DNA of 64,000 bases from IMG/VR virus record IMGVR_UViG_3300037245_001773, positions 8,209-72,208 of that record; one strand, written 5' to 3'. The position numbers were made by a program, and so were the translations under genes. Below the pieces are notes generated by a model that was given only the letters and a program-made list of their open reading frames with translations, was not told the DNA's origin and ran no database searches. Shown here piece by piece: positions 55,263 to 64,000 of the stretch. Origin of the DNA: a virus. Position 1 is the first letter of the stretch, and each line of letters begins with the position of its first letter.

Positions 55263-55448
55263 GGTTTTTGTTTTTTGTTGTTTGTTAATATAATCTTACC
55301 ATTTTGGTAGAATATGTCAAGTAAATAATCATATTAATTTCCCCACCCTATAGCCTTAGTGCTAGGGGATGTACGGCTGGTCAGTTCGCGGTGTCCATGC
55401 CTTATCCCCCTGTTATGATAACGGTTTTATCGTTTTAAAACGGTTTTC
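55263..55448 (-). promoter_or_regulatory. Early promoter module, copy 2
   Basis: TTGACA-N16-(TG.)TAAGAT at 55293-55320; upstream box ATAACGGTTTTATCGTTTTAAAACGGTTTTC. Confidence 0.7.
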
Positions 55449-55881
55449 AGAATTCAAACTGAGCCCTTATCTCGGTAGCCATATCCTGATAAGATTGAGA
55501 CGTTCGCCGGTTCCCCTCGAAATAGCGGTTGTTGATCTTGAAAAAATGGTTGGTGATATTGCTCGTCCAATATTCACACATTCGAAACGCTTCACAGGAT
55601 CCGGTAGTCTCCCATTTTTCCGGGGGCAGCAATTCCAACATTTCCCAGTACCGTTCCTTGTCAATTTCATGCCATGGATTTGAGGCGTCGGCGTCATCCA
55701 TTTTTTTCGTGATCGCTTCAAATTTGCAGTAAGGGACCAGGACCAGATTCGGCCTTTCCTGCATGTACTCTTTGAATGGTCTTTTCCTAACTGATGTCAA
55801 TCCGTCAGGTTGCACAAAATCCACATAATAACTTTTTCCCAGCTCGTATAGTATCGGGGTTCTGTCTGTAATTTCTATCAT
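55447..55881 (-). CDS. Hypothetical protein (DUF1419-like C-terminus)
   Basis: WHEIDKERYWEMLELLPP...FRMCEY...IT-x-x-F. Confidence 0.6.
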   Translation of the reverse strand: MIEITDRTPILYELGKSYYVDFVQPDGLTSVRKRPFKEYMQERPNLVLVPYCKFEAITKKMDDADASNPWHEIDKERYWEMLELLPPEKWETTGSCEAFRMCEYWTSNITNHFFKINNRYFEGNRRTSQSYQDMATEIRAQFEF

Positions 55882-56064
55882 GGCTTCTCCTTTGTTTCAA
55901 ATTCTTGTTCTTCTTGAACAATTTCACCTTCCCAGCAACCATCGATAATCATTGCCGCGATGTGCTCTCTTTCGATGTCGGTAAGATCACTGAGATCTTC
56001 AATATCTGTTATTTCCAGTTTCCACCATCCTCTTGCCATCTTTTTCTCCTTTTTTTTGTTTTAA

Positions 56065-56259
56065 TTAATTAGCCGACTCATAAATTGAAGGCTTTGAAGT
56101 AACATTGTAAATATAAGAACCACAACGAACCAGCAAAGCATCTTTCCCGTAAAACTTGTCTTTCATGCCCTTGATGCTTCCAGTTTTTGAAAAATTTGGG
56201 AAACCGCTAATTCCGATTTTTTTACCTTCAGAGACTTTTAAATATTTTGTTCGTGCCAT
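56065..56259 (-). CDS. Hypothetical protein (start moved to MARTK)
   Basis: RBS present; promoter directly upstream. Confidence 0.65.
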   Translation of the reverse strand: MARTKYLKVSEGKKIGISGFPNFSKTGSIKGMKDKFYGKDALLVRCGSYIYNVTSKPSIYESAN

Positions 56260-56294
56260 TTCCTTCTCCTTTTGGGGTTTCGGTTTGTAACTCA

Positions 56295-56322
56295 ATCTTA
56301 CCATTTTGACAGTATTTGCCAA
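56295..56322 (-). promoter_or_regulatory. Early promoter, core-only copy
   Basis: TTGGCA-N16-(TG.)TAAGAT with the shared CAAAATGGTAAGAT. Confidence 0.55.
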
Positions 56323-56330
56323 GGTTTTTA

Positions 56331-56573
56331 TCAGTTTATTATTTCAATATCTCCTGCTGGTGTACCCATCGGCTCACAGTTGAAAGAACTGCCAAAATAA
56401 CAAAGATCTGCCTCTGAAACCTTCTTTAAGACTTCGCTTTCGTCCGCTTCCAACTGAGTATTGAACGGGGAAAAGACCTTATCTGTGCATCCATAATACA
56501 GTTTAGCGTCAACCTGTTTGAATATGGGCCTTCCAAAGCCATCTATGCCGGCGAATTTTACTTGTTTTTTCAT
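56331..56573 (-). CDS. Hypothetical protein
   Basis: F-x-GID-x-x-x-RPIFK...EPMG. Confidence 0.6.
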   Translation of the reverse strand: MKKQVKFAGIDGFGRPIFKQVDAKLYYGCTDKVFSPFNTQLEADESEVLKKVSEADLCYFGSSFNCEPMGTPAGDIEIIN

Positions 56574-56676
56574 TCTTAATCCTTTATTTGACGTTTTCAA
56601 AAAAGTGTGAGAGTATGACATTACGCCACTGAGAAAACTCTCACTGTAAGCCGGGTCCGTCCCGGCTGGTGGTTAA

Positions 56677-56916
56677 TTAATAACACTCTGACCAGTGTTC
56701 TCCTGTCTCTTCTCCCCATTGTTCTCGAGGGGCCAACTTTTGACCTGCAAAATTATAATCGATTCCACAGTCGCACTCATTCGTAAAACTTGAAAGAGTA
56801 ACTTGCCTTCCACACGAACACTCACCAATAGCACTGTGATAGATAACGCTCTCTTTCCCTGTTTCTGGATCAACAAATATCTCTTCGTGTTTTGTCTGGA
56901 TTATTTCAATTCCCAT
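56677..56916 (-). CDS. Zinc-ribbon hypothetical protein
   Basis: CSCG...TNECDCG-x-DYN-x-x-GQ-x-LAPREQWGEETGE. Confidence 0.6.
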   Translation of the reverse strand: MGIEIIQTKHEEIFVDPETGKESVIYHSAIGECSCGRQVTLSSFTNECDCGIDYNFAGQKLAPREQWGEETGEHWSECY

Positions 56917-56968
56917 TTTTCCGCCTGTTTTTAAGGTTTTTATTGTGCCGGTGAAACCCGGCTGATGG

Positions 56969-57448
56969 TTATGCAATTTTTCTTCTGCTTTCCTTCTCAA
57001 CTGTCCTCGATCCGTACTTGATTCTGATTTCATCCATTGAGAATTTACCCCGCCCTCTTGATTTAAAATCAGCAGGTCTAAAATACCATTGAAACTTTTT
57101 GGACGCCCATTTGTAACCGGCATTATTCAAAAGTTTTTTGAACTCTTTCGTATTTCCAGAAACCCAGACCCAAGAACCGCAGATTTCAATAATGATTCCA
57201 TCCAGACCGATGATAGCATTTAAGGCGTCGTTCAGTTTTTCCGGGTAATCATCAGCTTGAACATCGATTGTCTCTGATTTAATATCTCTCAGCGTGTCAT
57301 ATGCTTCATTGACAACTTGCATCATTTCTACTGATCCGCCCATGTCAGGATGATATTTTCTGGCAGCTTCTCTGTAGGCATTTTTCACTAGTTCAGCTTC
57401 GATCAATCCTGTCAGTCCTAAAATCTTTAAAGCGTCGTGTTTGGTCAT
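56969..57448 (-). CDS. J-domain (DnaJ-like) protein
   Basis: ALKILGL, AYREAARKYHPD and VNEAYDTL motifs. Confidence 0.9.
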   Translation of the reverse strand: MTKHDALKILGLTGLIEAELVKNAYREAARKYHPDMGGSVEMMQVVNEAYDTLRDIKSETIDVQADDYPEKLNDALNAIIGLDGIIIEICGSWVWVSGNTKEFKKLLNNAGYKWASKKFQWYFRPADFKSRGRGKFSMDEIRIKYGSRTVEKESRRKIA

Positions 57449-57470
57449 TTTGGTTTCCCCGGCTGGTTAA

Positions 57471-57671
57471 TTAAGCACAGTTTTTAATAATGCTTTCGCA
57501 GACTTTGCAATTTTTGTTAATTAGTGAATCTTTCCAAATCTTCAGTTTTTCTTCGGCTTCTTTGACCGCTTCCGCTTTGTCACTTGAGGAAACTGTTATT
57601 GTTTTTGATCTTTTCAAAGTGCATCCGCATGTATTGCATCTGATTGTTGTTTTTACTTTTAATTTGTTCAT
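57471..57671 (-). CDS. Small zinc-binding protein
   Basis: CNTC...CKVC. Confidence 0.6.
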   Translation of the reverse strand: MNKLKVKTTIRCNTCGCTLKRSKTITVSSSDKAEAVKEAEEKLKIWKDSLINKNCKVCESIIKNCA

Positions 57672-57691
57672 TTTGTCTTTTGTGAGGGTTT

Positions 57692-57910
57692 GGGTTTTTG
57701 TTGTTTGTATAATTAATCATAACATTTTGGTAAGATATGTCAAGTTATTTATCATTTTATTTTAATTATTTTGCCCACTTGTAGGCTTTGAGTAGTGGTG
57801 GATGTACAGAGGGTGGTTTTTATTATGGTTCTATTTTGCGGCTTTCGTTCATAACGATAATTTCGTAACTACCTGATAAATATCGTTTTTATCGTTTTAC
57901 TGCGGTTTTC
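57692..57910 (-). promoter_or_regulatory. Early promoter module, copy 3
   Basis: TTGACA-N16-(TG.)TATGAT at 57716-57743; upstream TTATCGTTTTACTGCGGTTTTC box. Confidence 0.7.
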
Positions 57911-57990
57911 TGGAGCGGCCTCCTGGTATTGCGCCAGGTCCTTCCCGATGGTATCGGGACGCACTACTTTTATGCTTTAGCCGCTTGTTT

Positions 57991-59501
57991 TCATTCCTTT
58001 TTGTTCGCCTTTACTGCATTCTCAATAATAGATTTATCGTTTCTGAGAGATTCTAGCCCTTTCCTGCTTATCTCTGAGAACCGGTTATCTTCAACGTAAG
58101 TACACCCTGACCTTATACAGTGATCAGCCGCGCCAAAGTCTCCCATTTTATGACCGAGTATATTGCAGATTCTATTCATTTTCAAAGAAACTCCAAAATG
58201 CTTCGAATGATTCTCTTATGGTTAAATATAATTTCACGTCCCTTAGTGACATAGTTGGGTTTTCTGCCAGGACTACATCTCTGACTTCCATGGGTATTAC
58301 GTCGGCATAAGCGGTAGTTTCTGCCATGGGACCGGGAGGTTTTGAGAACTCTTTTAAATTGTCGAGCTCATCTTGATTTATTTTCATGACCCAAAAGTGA
58401 TACAGGTTAAAGCCCACATCATGAAGGCGGTGAAGGCTAGTGGTATTAATCCGAATATTGGGTTCACTCATCCCCCTTATGGAATCGGTTGAATATTTGC
58501 TCTGAAAGATTGCAAACCGTTGATACCACCTTGTCTAGTCCCTTGTTCATAATGTATTCTGCGCTATCATCATTTGTTAATAAACTACAGACCATATCCT
58601 TAGCCATATGCATCTTTATTTCAGCTTCTTTTGACGTGCACTCTTCGAATTCTAACTCTTCGTCTTTCGATATAAAAACAACATCAATACCGTAAAGGCT
58701 ATCAATTTCTCTTTTTGCTTGCACCAATTGTTCTGGGTCGTCGCCAAATCTTCCTAAGTCTGTCTTTAGTATAGCTTTCATATTTTCCCCGGTTTTAAGA
58801 TTGACACTCGATACCCAAATGGAAGCGGTAATGATTTTCTTCTGCCTATCTTTTCTCGGTGTCTTTCTGAGAATAGCTTAGGCGTGTTTCTAATGTTTAA
58901 CCCGTACCCGCGTATCCTGAACCAGAATGATTTATGTTTGTCTGATTGATAGTGGTATTGGATCATTTTTCCAGTCTCTTATCAAAACATGTCTTGCATA
59001 GCGGAACGATAATTTTGTCACCTTCCATTAGCTGGTATTCTTCAAGAAACGGTACTCTTGCTTCACAATCAATGCACTTTGGATCGAGTTTTATTTCTTG
59101 ACCGGTTGTGAATCCTTCAATCTTAATATCTCCCATGAACACTACCATGTCATCTGGTTTATATTCACTCATTGTTTATCCTTTGCATTTTCATCTGAAG
59201 AGAATATACCTTCTATCCTGATTCTTTCACTCTCTGATATGGTGTCTTCGCATGTAGATAACTCATCACCTAGTCCTGAACCTAAGGGATACTTTCGCAT
59301 TGTTGAAACTTTGATTTCACCCTTGTCTTTTGTAAAAATGCGCAGATAACCCTCAATACATACAACGGCTACAGTAAGGTCTCCAATGGTTATAACAGAC
59401 TTTTCCTGCCTATCCTTGAAAGCCCAATCAGGAAATACCATTTCAGCATAACATACTGAGCTTATCAGGATTAGGGCTGCTATTGTTATAATTGTTTTCA
59501 T
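57991..59501 (-). other. Run of six short coupled hypothetical ORFs (57991-58185, 58172-58471, 58464-58781, 58778-58966, 58963-59172, 59169-59501; the last has a signal peptide)
   Basis: Co-oriented with overlapping starts and stops. Confidence 0.6.
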
Positions 59502-59705
59502 TGTTCTTTCCCATGATAATAATTGTTAAACCGATCTCTTTTCTTGTGAGTCATAAAGTGAATTGGTATCCATTGCATTATCCCGTACGTGTTTAAATTA
59601 TCTTCATCTCTATCGCTTGGTGCTGGGTCCCTAACAACCTTTCCATCCCATAAAACAATATGTGAATGACTTCTGTCTATCGATTTAACAATAACAAACG
59701 CCGGT

Positions 59706-60217
59706 TTATTTCTGTCTATTCAATGCCTGGATTCGGTAGAATGGTTTTCTCTTTTCTTCGTACTCTTTGATGATTTCCGTTTGAGTTTTTGCTGATTCTC
59801 CAAGTCTAACTTCACTTGTGGCGATATTGCTGTTAAACAAGATCGTATCATTTAGTTGCTCAACAGCTCGGTCACATGCTGATAATATCTTTTCAGCGGG
59901 GTAGTTTATTGTTGTCATAGGTAGTCTTTGAGGAGTTGATATTCTTTATGATCTATCCATATTTCAGAATAAAATTCGCATATCTTTTCATTTTTGGAAA
60001 AAGCAGGATTATATCCGTGCAACCTTTCGCAATTGTCAAAGTTATATTTTATGCCGTACTCTGCCAGTTCTTTGATCGCAGTCACATCGTCATCGCTATA
60101 ACAATCTTGATCATTTGGGTCCGTCATTTTATACGATGTTCTCGGTTGATTCATGTGCTCTAGAATCTTATCGCACGCTTTTAAAACTTTCTGACAACTT
60201 ATCTTTATTTGTGCCAT
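59706..60217 (-). other. Two short hypothetical ORFs with similar N-termini (59706-59918, 59915-60217)
   Basis: EKILSACDR versus QKVLKACDK; GGAGG RBS. Confidence 0.55.
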
Positions 60218-60393
60218 TCACTCCTCCGTGTAATCATTGCAGATCATAATTAATTGTGCTGGAAATATTACTGTATGTTCGTGTTTTTCGCATAGCGTGA
60301 CATTTGGAAGCGGAATTCCAAAACTACCAGGACACGGCTGGTTGTGTTTGCATAAAAAACAACACTTGTGGATAGGCTTAAAGTGGTCTGGCT

Positions 60394-60843
60394 TCATTCT
60401 TTATACTCCAATAAATGCCCAAACCCTTTATCTTTGATTTTTTCATAAAAGGTCTGGTCTCGTTTGTGATCGTACATATATGTCAGGTATGCCTCTGTTA
60501 TCTCTATCTGGCCTAGCTCTACTCTTGCCATTTGAATATCAATATGGTCAGACAGGATTTTCCAGGCTGTTCGCTCGGCTTGTTTTGGAGCTTTTTTCCT
60601 TGTCTCTGACCTGGTTCTTGTTCCCATATTCCTGAGAAGAATGACTTCACATTCTTTTATCCTTGCCAGCAGCTTGTAGGGGATCTCTTGTCCGTTATGC
60701 GGTAGTTCAAAACAAATACCTGATATCAATTTATCATCGCCGTACAATCTAAGGATCTTTCTGGCGCCATGTTTTACCAGTTGCTCTTCGATGTTATTGA
60801 TAGATTGCTTTGCTGAAATTTGAGACGTGTAATTTTTAATCAT
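60394..60843 (-). CDS. Conserved-type phage hypothetical protein
   Basis: IKNYTSQI...L-x-x-HGA...QAERTAWKIL. Confidence 0.65.
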   Translation of the reverse strand: MIKNYTSQISAKQSINNIEEQLVKHGARKILRLYGDDKLISGICFELPHNGQEIPYKLLARIKECEVILLRNMGTRTRSETRKKAPKQAERTAWKILSDHIDIQMARVELGQIEITEAYLTYMYDHKRDQTFYEKIKDKGFGHLLEYKE

Positions 60844-63800
60844 CCCATCTCCTCAAATAATTTAATTTTCTTTCTGAGTTCTGCTTCTTCACTTTCAGAT
60901 GGATGGCTGAATTGGAAAGCTGATTTTATTTTAGCCTTGAGAAAGTATTTAACGTATTCGAGTTTTTCTTTATGCATCCGGTCGAGTGTTTTAGTGTCCA
61001 GTTTTAACACATCTATATCCCCGATATTGTTTTGTTTGGCTGTAGATTTCATTCAGGATAATAGCAAGTTCAGCTTGTTTTTTGTTCATATGTGTTTGGT
61101 GTATTGTGGTCCATTTAACGGTCCAGCCGGTTTTTGTGCATTAGGCTTATGATTGTCAGTTATTGTGCCCATGATTGCCAAAACAACATCTTTTTTGTGG
61201 ATTGATTCTTTTGGTATTCCAATGATTGAACTGGCACATATACGGGTTTGATCTTCGCGGATTTCTTTTTCAAATTCCTTGATTCTCAATTGCATTTGCT
61301 GGACTGCTTTTAAGGCGTTTTCATGCGTTTGTGATTTTAATATCTCGTTCAAGAATTTTTCTTGGCGCTCGTTTAGTTTCCAGTCTAACATAATTTTACC
61401 TGTCTTTATTTACTGTTATCGTAGCACTTTTTACACGATCGGTCAGTATATTTTGCAATTTTTCTGCCAGGTCTTTTTCGTTTTGGGCTTCAAGAAACGC
61501 TTTGTAAACCGGTTCTTTGCTGATGATATCAACCTCGTCCAGGACATCACTTGCCATAGTTCTTATAGACCATGGAATACTGAACCAATATTGCAGGCTT
61601 AAGGTAATCGCGAAGTAGATCAGGAATAGGATTATTGTTTGCATTTGCACCCTTGATATTTACCGCAATGACCAGCCGGACCATGAATAGTTATATTTGA
61701 TTTCTTCCATGCCATGCACTCGGTATGAACGCAATTTTGGTCTACGTGTATTCTGTCCTTTCGATCTGGACACCATAATTTACGGGCTTGGTTTTCTGTT
61801 AGTAGGTTCATAGTTTGTTTTTAAACGATATCAAGACGTTCTTTCGAGATACTGACTGTTTGTCTTCTGCCGTGAACAGCGCATTGATATAGGCCACTTT
61901 TACAGCGTTTTAAGACTACCATTGGGAAGAAAAAACGGTCTTCATCCCATAACGGGACTTTCCCGTATCCTGTCATCTTCCAAGGGACATTTAAAACAAC
62001 TGAATCTCCCGGCCGTGGGTTTTTCTTAGCCACTTGGCTTCCCTCCAAATCCTGATACTTGAATTATTTTGTCTTTCATTATGATTTTAAAGGTTTAATG
62101 ATGGCTGCCAGAATGATCAATAGAGCTGTCTATCGGAACCGTTCTTTTATGGATATCTGGGCCAGTGTTTAAAGGTTTGTGGTTTCTGTAGTACTCAACA
62201 ATTGAATCATATCCATCATTTGCAAGGGATTCGATATTGTCACCGATGCAGTCGATAAAAGGTTTTATCCTGATTGACTCTTTTATTTGGCCGTTGTTAT
62301 CCCCGTCCCAAAACGCTGACTTGATATCCTTGTTTTCCATTTTAGCTGGGTCATCATGGTACATTTTCCTCATATAAAAAAGAGTGGTCAATACCTTTGG
62401 CTCTACTCTGATGATTTTGCCTTCGAGGTCCATTGTGTTTTCACATATACCGAGAACGTTATATCCAACCTGTTTTTTTTCGACATCACTGTATGGGTAT
62501 AAAAATCCTTTTTCGGATTTTATATACCAATTATCGAGTTTTGTTCTGAACAGATCACCTGGATTCATTTCTCTAATTGCTTCACCTAATTTTGGTTTAG
62601 TCATCTCTAAAAATCTCCTCTCAGGTTTTATCAATCACATTAACGGTTTTCCGCAGTGCTCACACTTTACCTCACCCTCAACGGGATTATCCGCAATGTT
62701 CACGTCTATGCAATACGGACATTCCCAGCTGTACATTGTTTCTGGGTGACATTCTGATTCTTTCATTTTAATACCAGGAAAAAATCTATCCATATCAGAG
62801 CTGTGGTAATTGCTAGAAGTGTGGATATGAAAAGTTTCTCGTTTCTCATCAGTATTCTGTTGATGCAAAGAATTGTGGTACTTGATCCATACGGTTCATT
62901 TGTTCCCGGAATGTACATTTAGGACCGTTGTCACCATCAGCAATAAATGACATTACATCCAGATCAACATCGGTCAGCTCATATGCTTTCTTGACATCAG
63001 CTGGATCTGTGTCGATTTCTTCACAATACTTTGTGCAATTCTTTTTCGCTGATTCCAGATCGATATCCATCCACCAGTCATATTCATTCATTTTAAAGAT
63101 TTTCATGGAATAGGTCACCGCCTCACCTTCAACTCTAAATTCTTCGACAAGATCAAATTTATATAGTTTTCCGCATCCCCAGCAGGCAATCTTTTTCCAG
63201 TCGTCTGCCTTATTCATGGTTTTGCCTGAATTACTGATGATCTGATCACCGCATATACAGTCAACACGTCCTGTTTTCATGATTTACCATCCGAGTGTCC
63301 GAGCCTATAAGCTTCGAGTATCATTTCACCAACCCAGCTTAGATCTCTTCCAAAAGTCGCGTCTTCTGGCTCCATAGCGTCAGATTCGATAGACAATATT
63401 TTACCATCATGGTCTATTTTTAAATAAGTTGCATATTCTTTGCCGCTTCCATTGTTTGATGCACGCTCTTTTTGAGCATCGGTAAGGTCATCAAAATAAA
63501 TAATTCTCACGTTCATCTCACACCCCACTTTTTAAGATTCTGGTTTCTTTAATCCATCAGTGATTAGTTTTGTTAATTTTCTCCACTCGCTGTCTCTCTC
63601 TTTGATATTGAGTTTCGGTGGTGCATAATCGTGTTGATAATCTCTTAGCATTTCTCTCATATCATCCCACGGCAGCACGCAAAACCCAACACTTTCTAGA
63701 TTGTGATATATCTCCCCGCAGGTTTCGCAAAAATAAATATCTGCCATTGGCATCTCTCCGTCCTCTCCGTAGATATTTATTTCTACCTCATATTCTGGAA

Positions 63801-63966
63801 TTTTATACACGTCGAATCGAACACAAAATGAACCAATATCAATCAACTCTTTGCAGCTCTTACATCGTTTGCGTTTTTTTGTTTCAAGTGGCTCAAAATC
63901 TGACCCGCCGTATGTAACTTTTTGACCTGGTTCTGCGTCGAAGTCACAACTACATGATAATGGCAT
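60840..63966 (-). other. Run of short hypothetical ORFs (60840-61052, 61086-61391, 61396-61650, 61821-62048, 62095-62634, 62635-62766, 62849-63280, 63277-63528, 63532-63966), several with CxxC zinc motifs
   Basis: Co-oriented and tightly packed. Confidence 0.55.
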
Positions 63967-64000
63967 TTTATTTCCTTTTTAAGATTGCCTTTGTTGTGTT

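Larger units (their letters stand above)
1..64000 (-). mobile_element. Tailed bacteriophage genome segment (myovirus-type; DUF1073 portal / DUF2213 protease / DUF2184 capsid lineage)
   Basis: Terminase, portal, capsid, sheath, tube, baseplate and fibre genes are co-oriented, with many short phage-type ORFs joined by ATGA/TAATG overlaps; no run of host housekeeping genes. Confidence 0.97.

Noticed and set aside
44-63917. The many plus-strand ORFs in the track other than 9767-10189
   Set aside because: They are antisense shadows of well-supported minus-strand genes, with no RBS, promoter or recognisable motifs
1-64000. Stop-codon reassignment
   Set aside because: Core genes (terL, portal, MCP, sheath) are full length in the standard code, and no suppressor tRNA is evident
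1-64000. Prophage boundaries, att sites or integrase
   Set aside because: No recombinase or host flank is in the window; dnaN is isolated among phage genes without dnaA, recF or gyrB. Lifestyle cannot be determined from this window

Overview
The whole 64-kb window is one tailed-phage (Caudoviricetes) genome segment with a contractile tail, and almost all credible genes lie on the minus strand. In window order it contains: a recombination module (RecT, YqaJ exonuclease, DUF1367, HNH); three secreted or outer-membrane proteins; a complete morphogenesis operon (tail fibre, baseplate, short tape measure, frameshifted tail chaperone, DUF3277 tube, DUF3383 sheath, neck, DUF2184 capsid, DUF2213 protease, Mu gpF-like head protein, DUF1073 portal); and an 11-kb accessory block between portal and terminase (SLT lysin, Lar, a Tad1-like sponge, a ~650-nt structured non-coding region with tRNA-like elements). 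Next come terL/terS, a ParB-methyltransferase-like-radical SAM trio, a rep/ori-like locus, a DnaN beta clamp, a J-domain protein and many small early genes behind repeated sigma70 promoters. I found no integrase, DNA polymerase, CRISPR array or reverse transcriptase. The best leads are: (1) a six-gene cassette inside the head operon built around a catalytically dead patatin/CapV-like protein plus membrane proteins, in a phage that also encodes Tad1; (2) a tRNA-like domain in permuted order inside a larger structured RNA; (3) a packaging-linked DNA-modification trio; (4) LexA-type GAAC-N4-GTTC boxes in two structural-gene promoters. All family calls come from motif recognition by eye; no database search was run.
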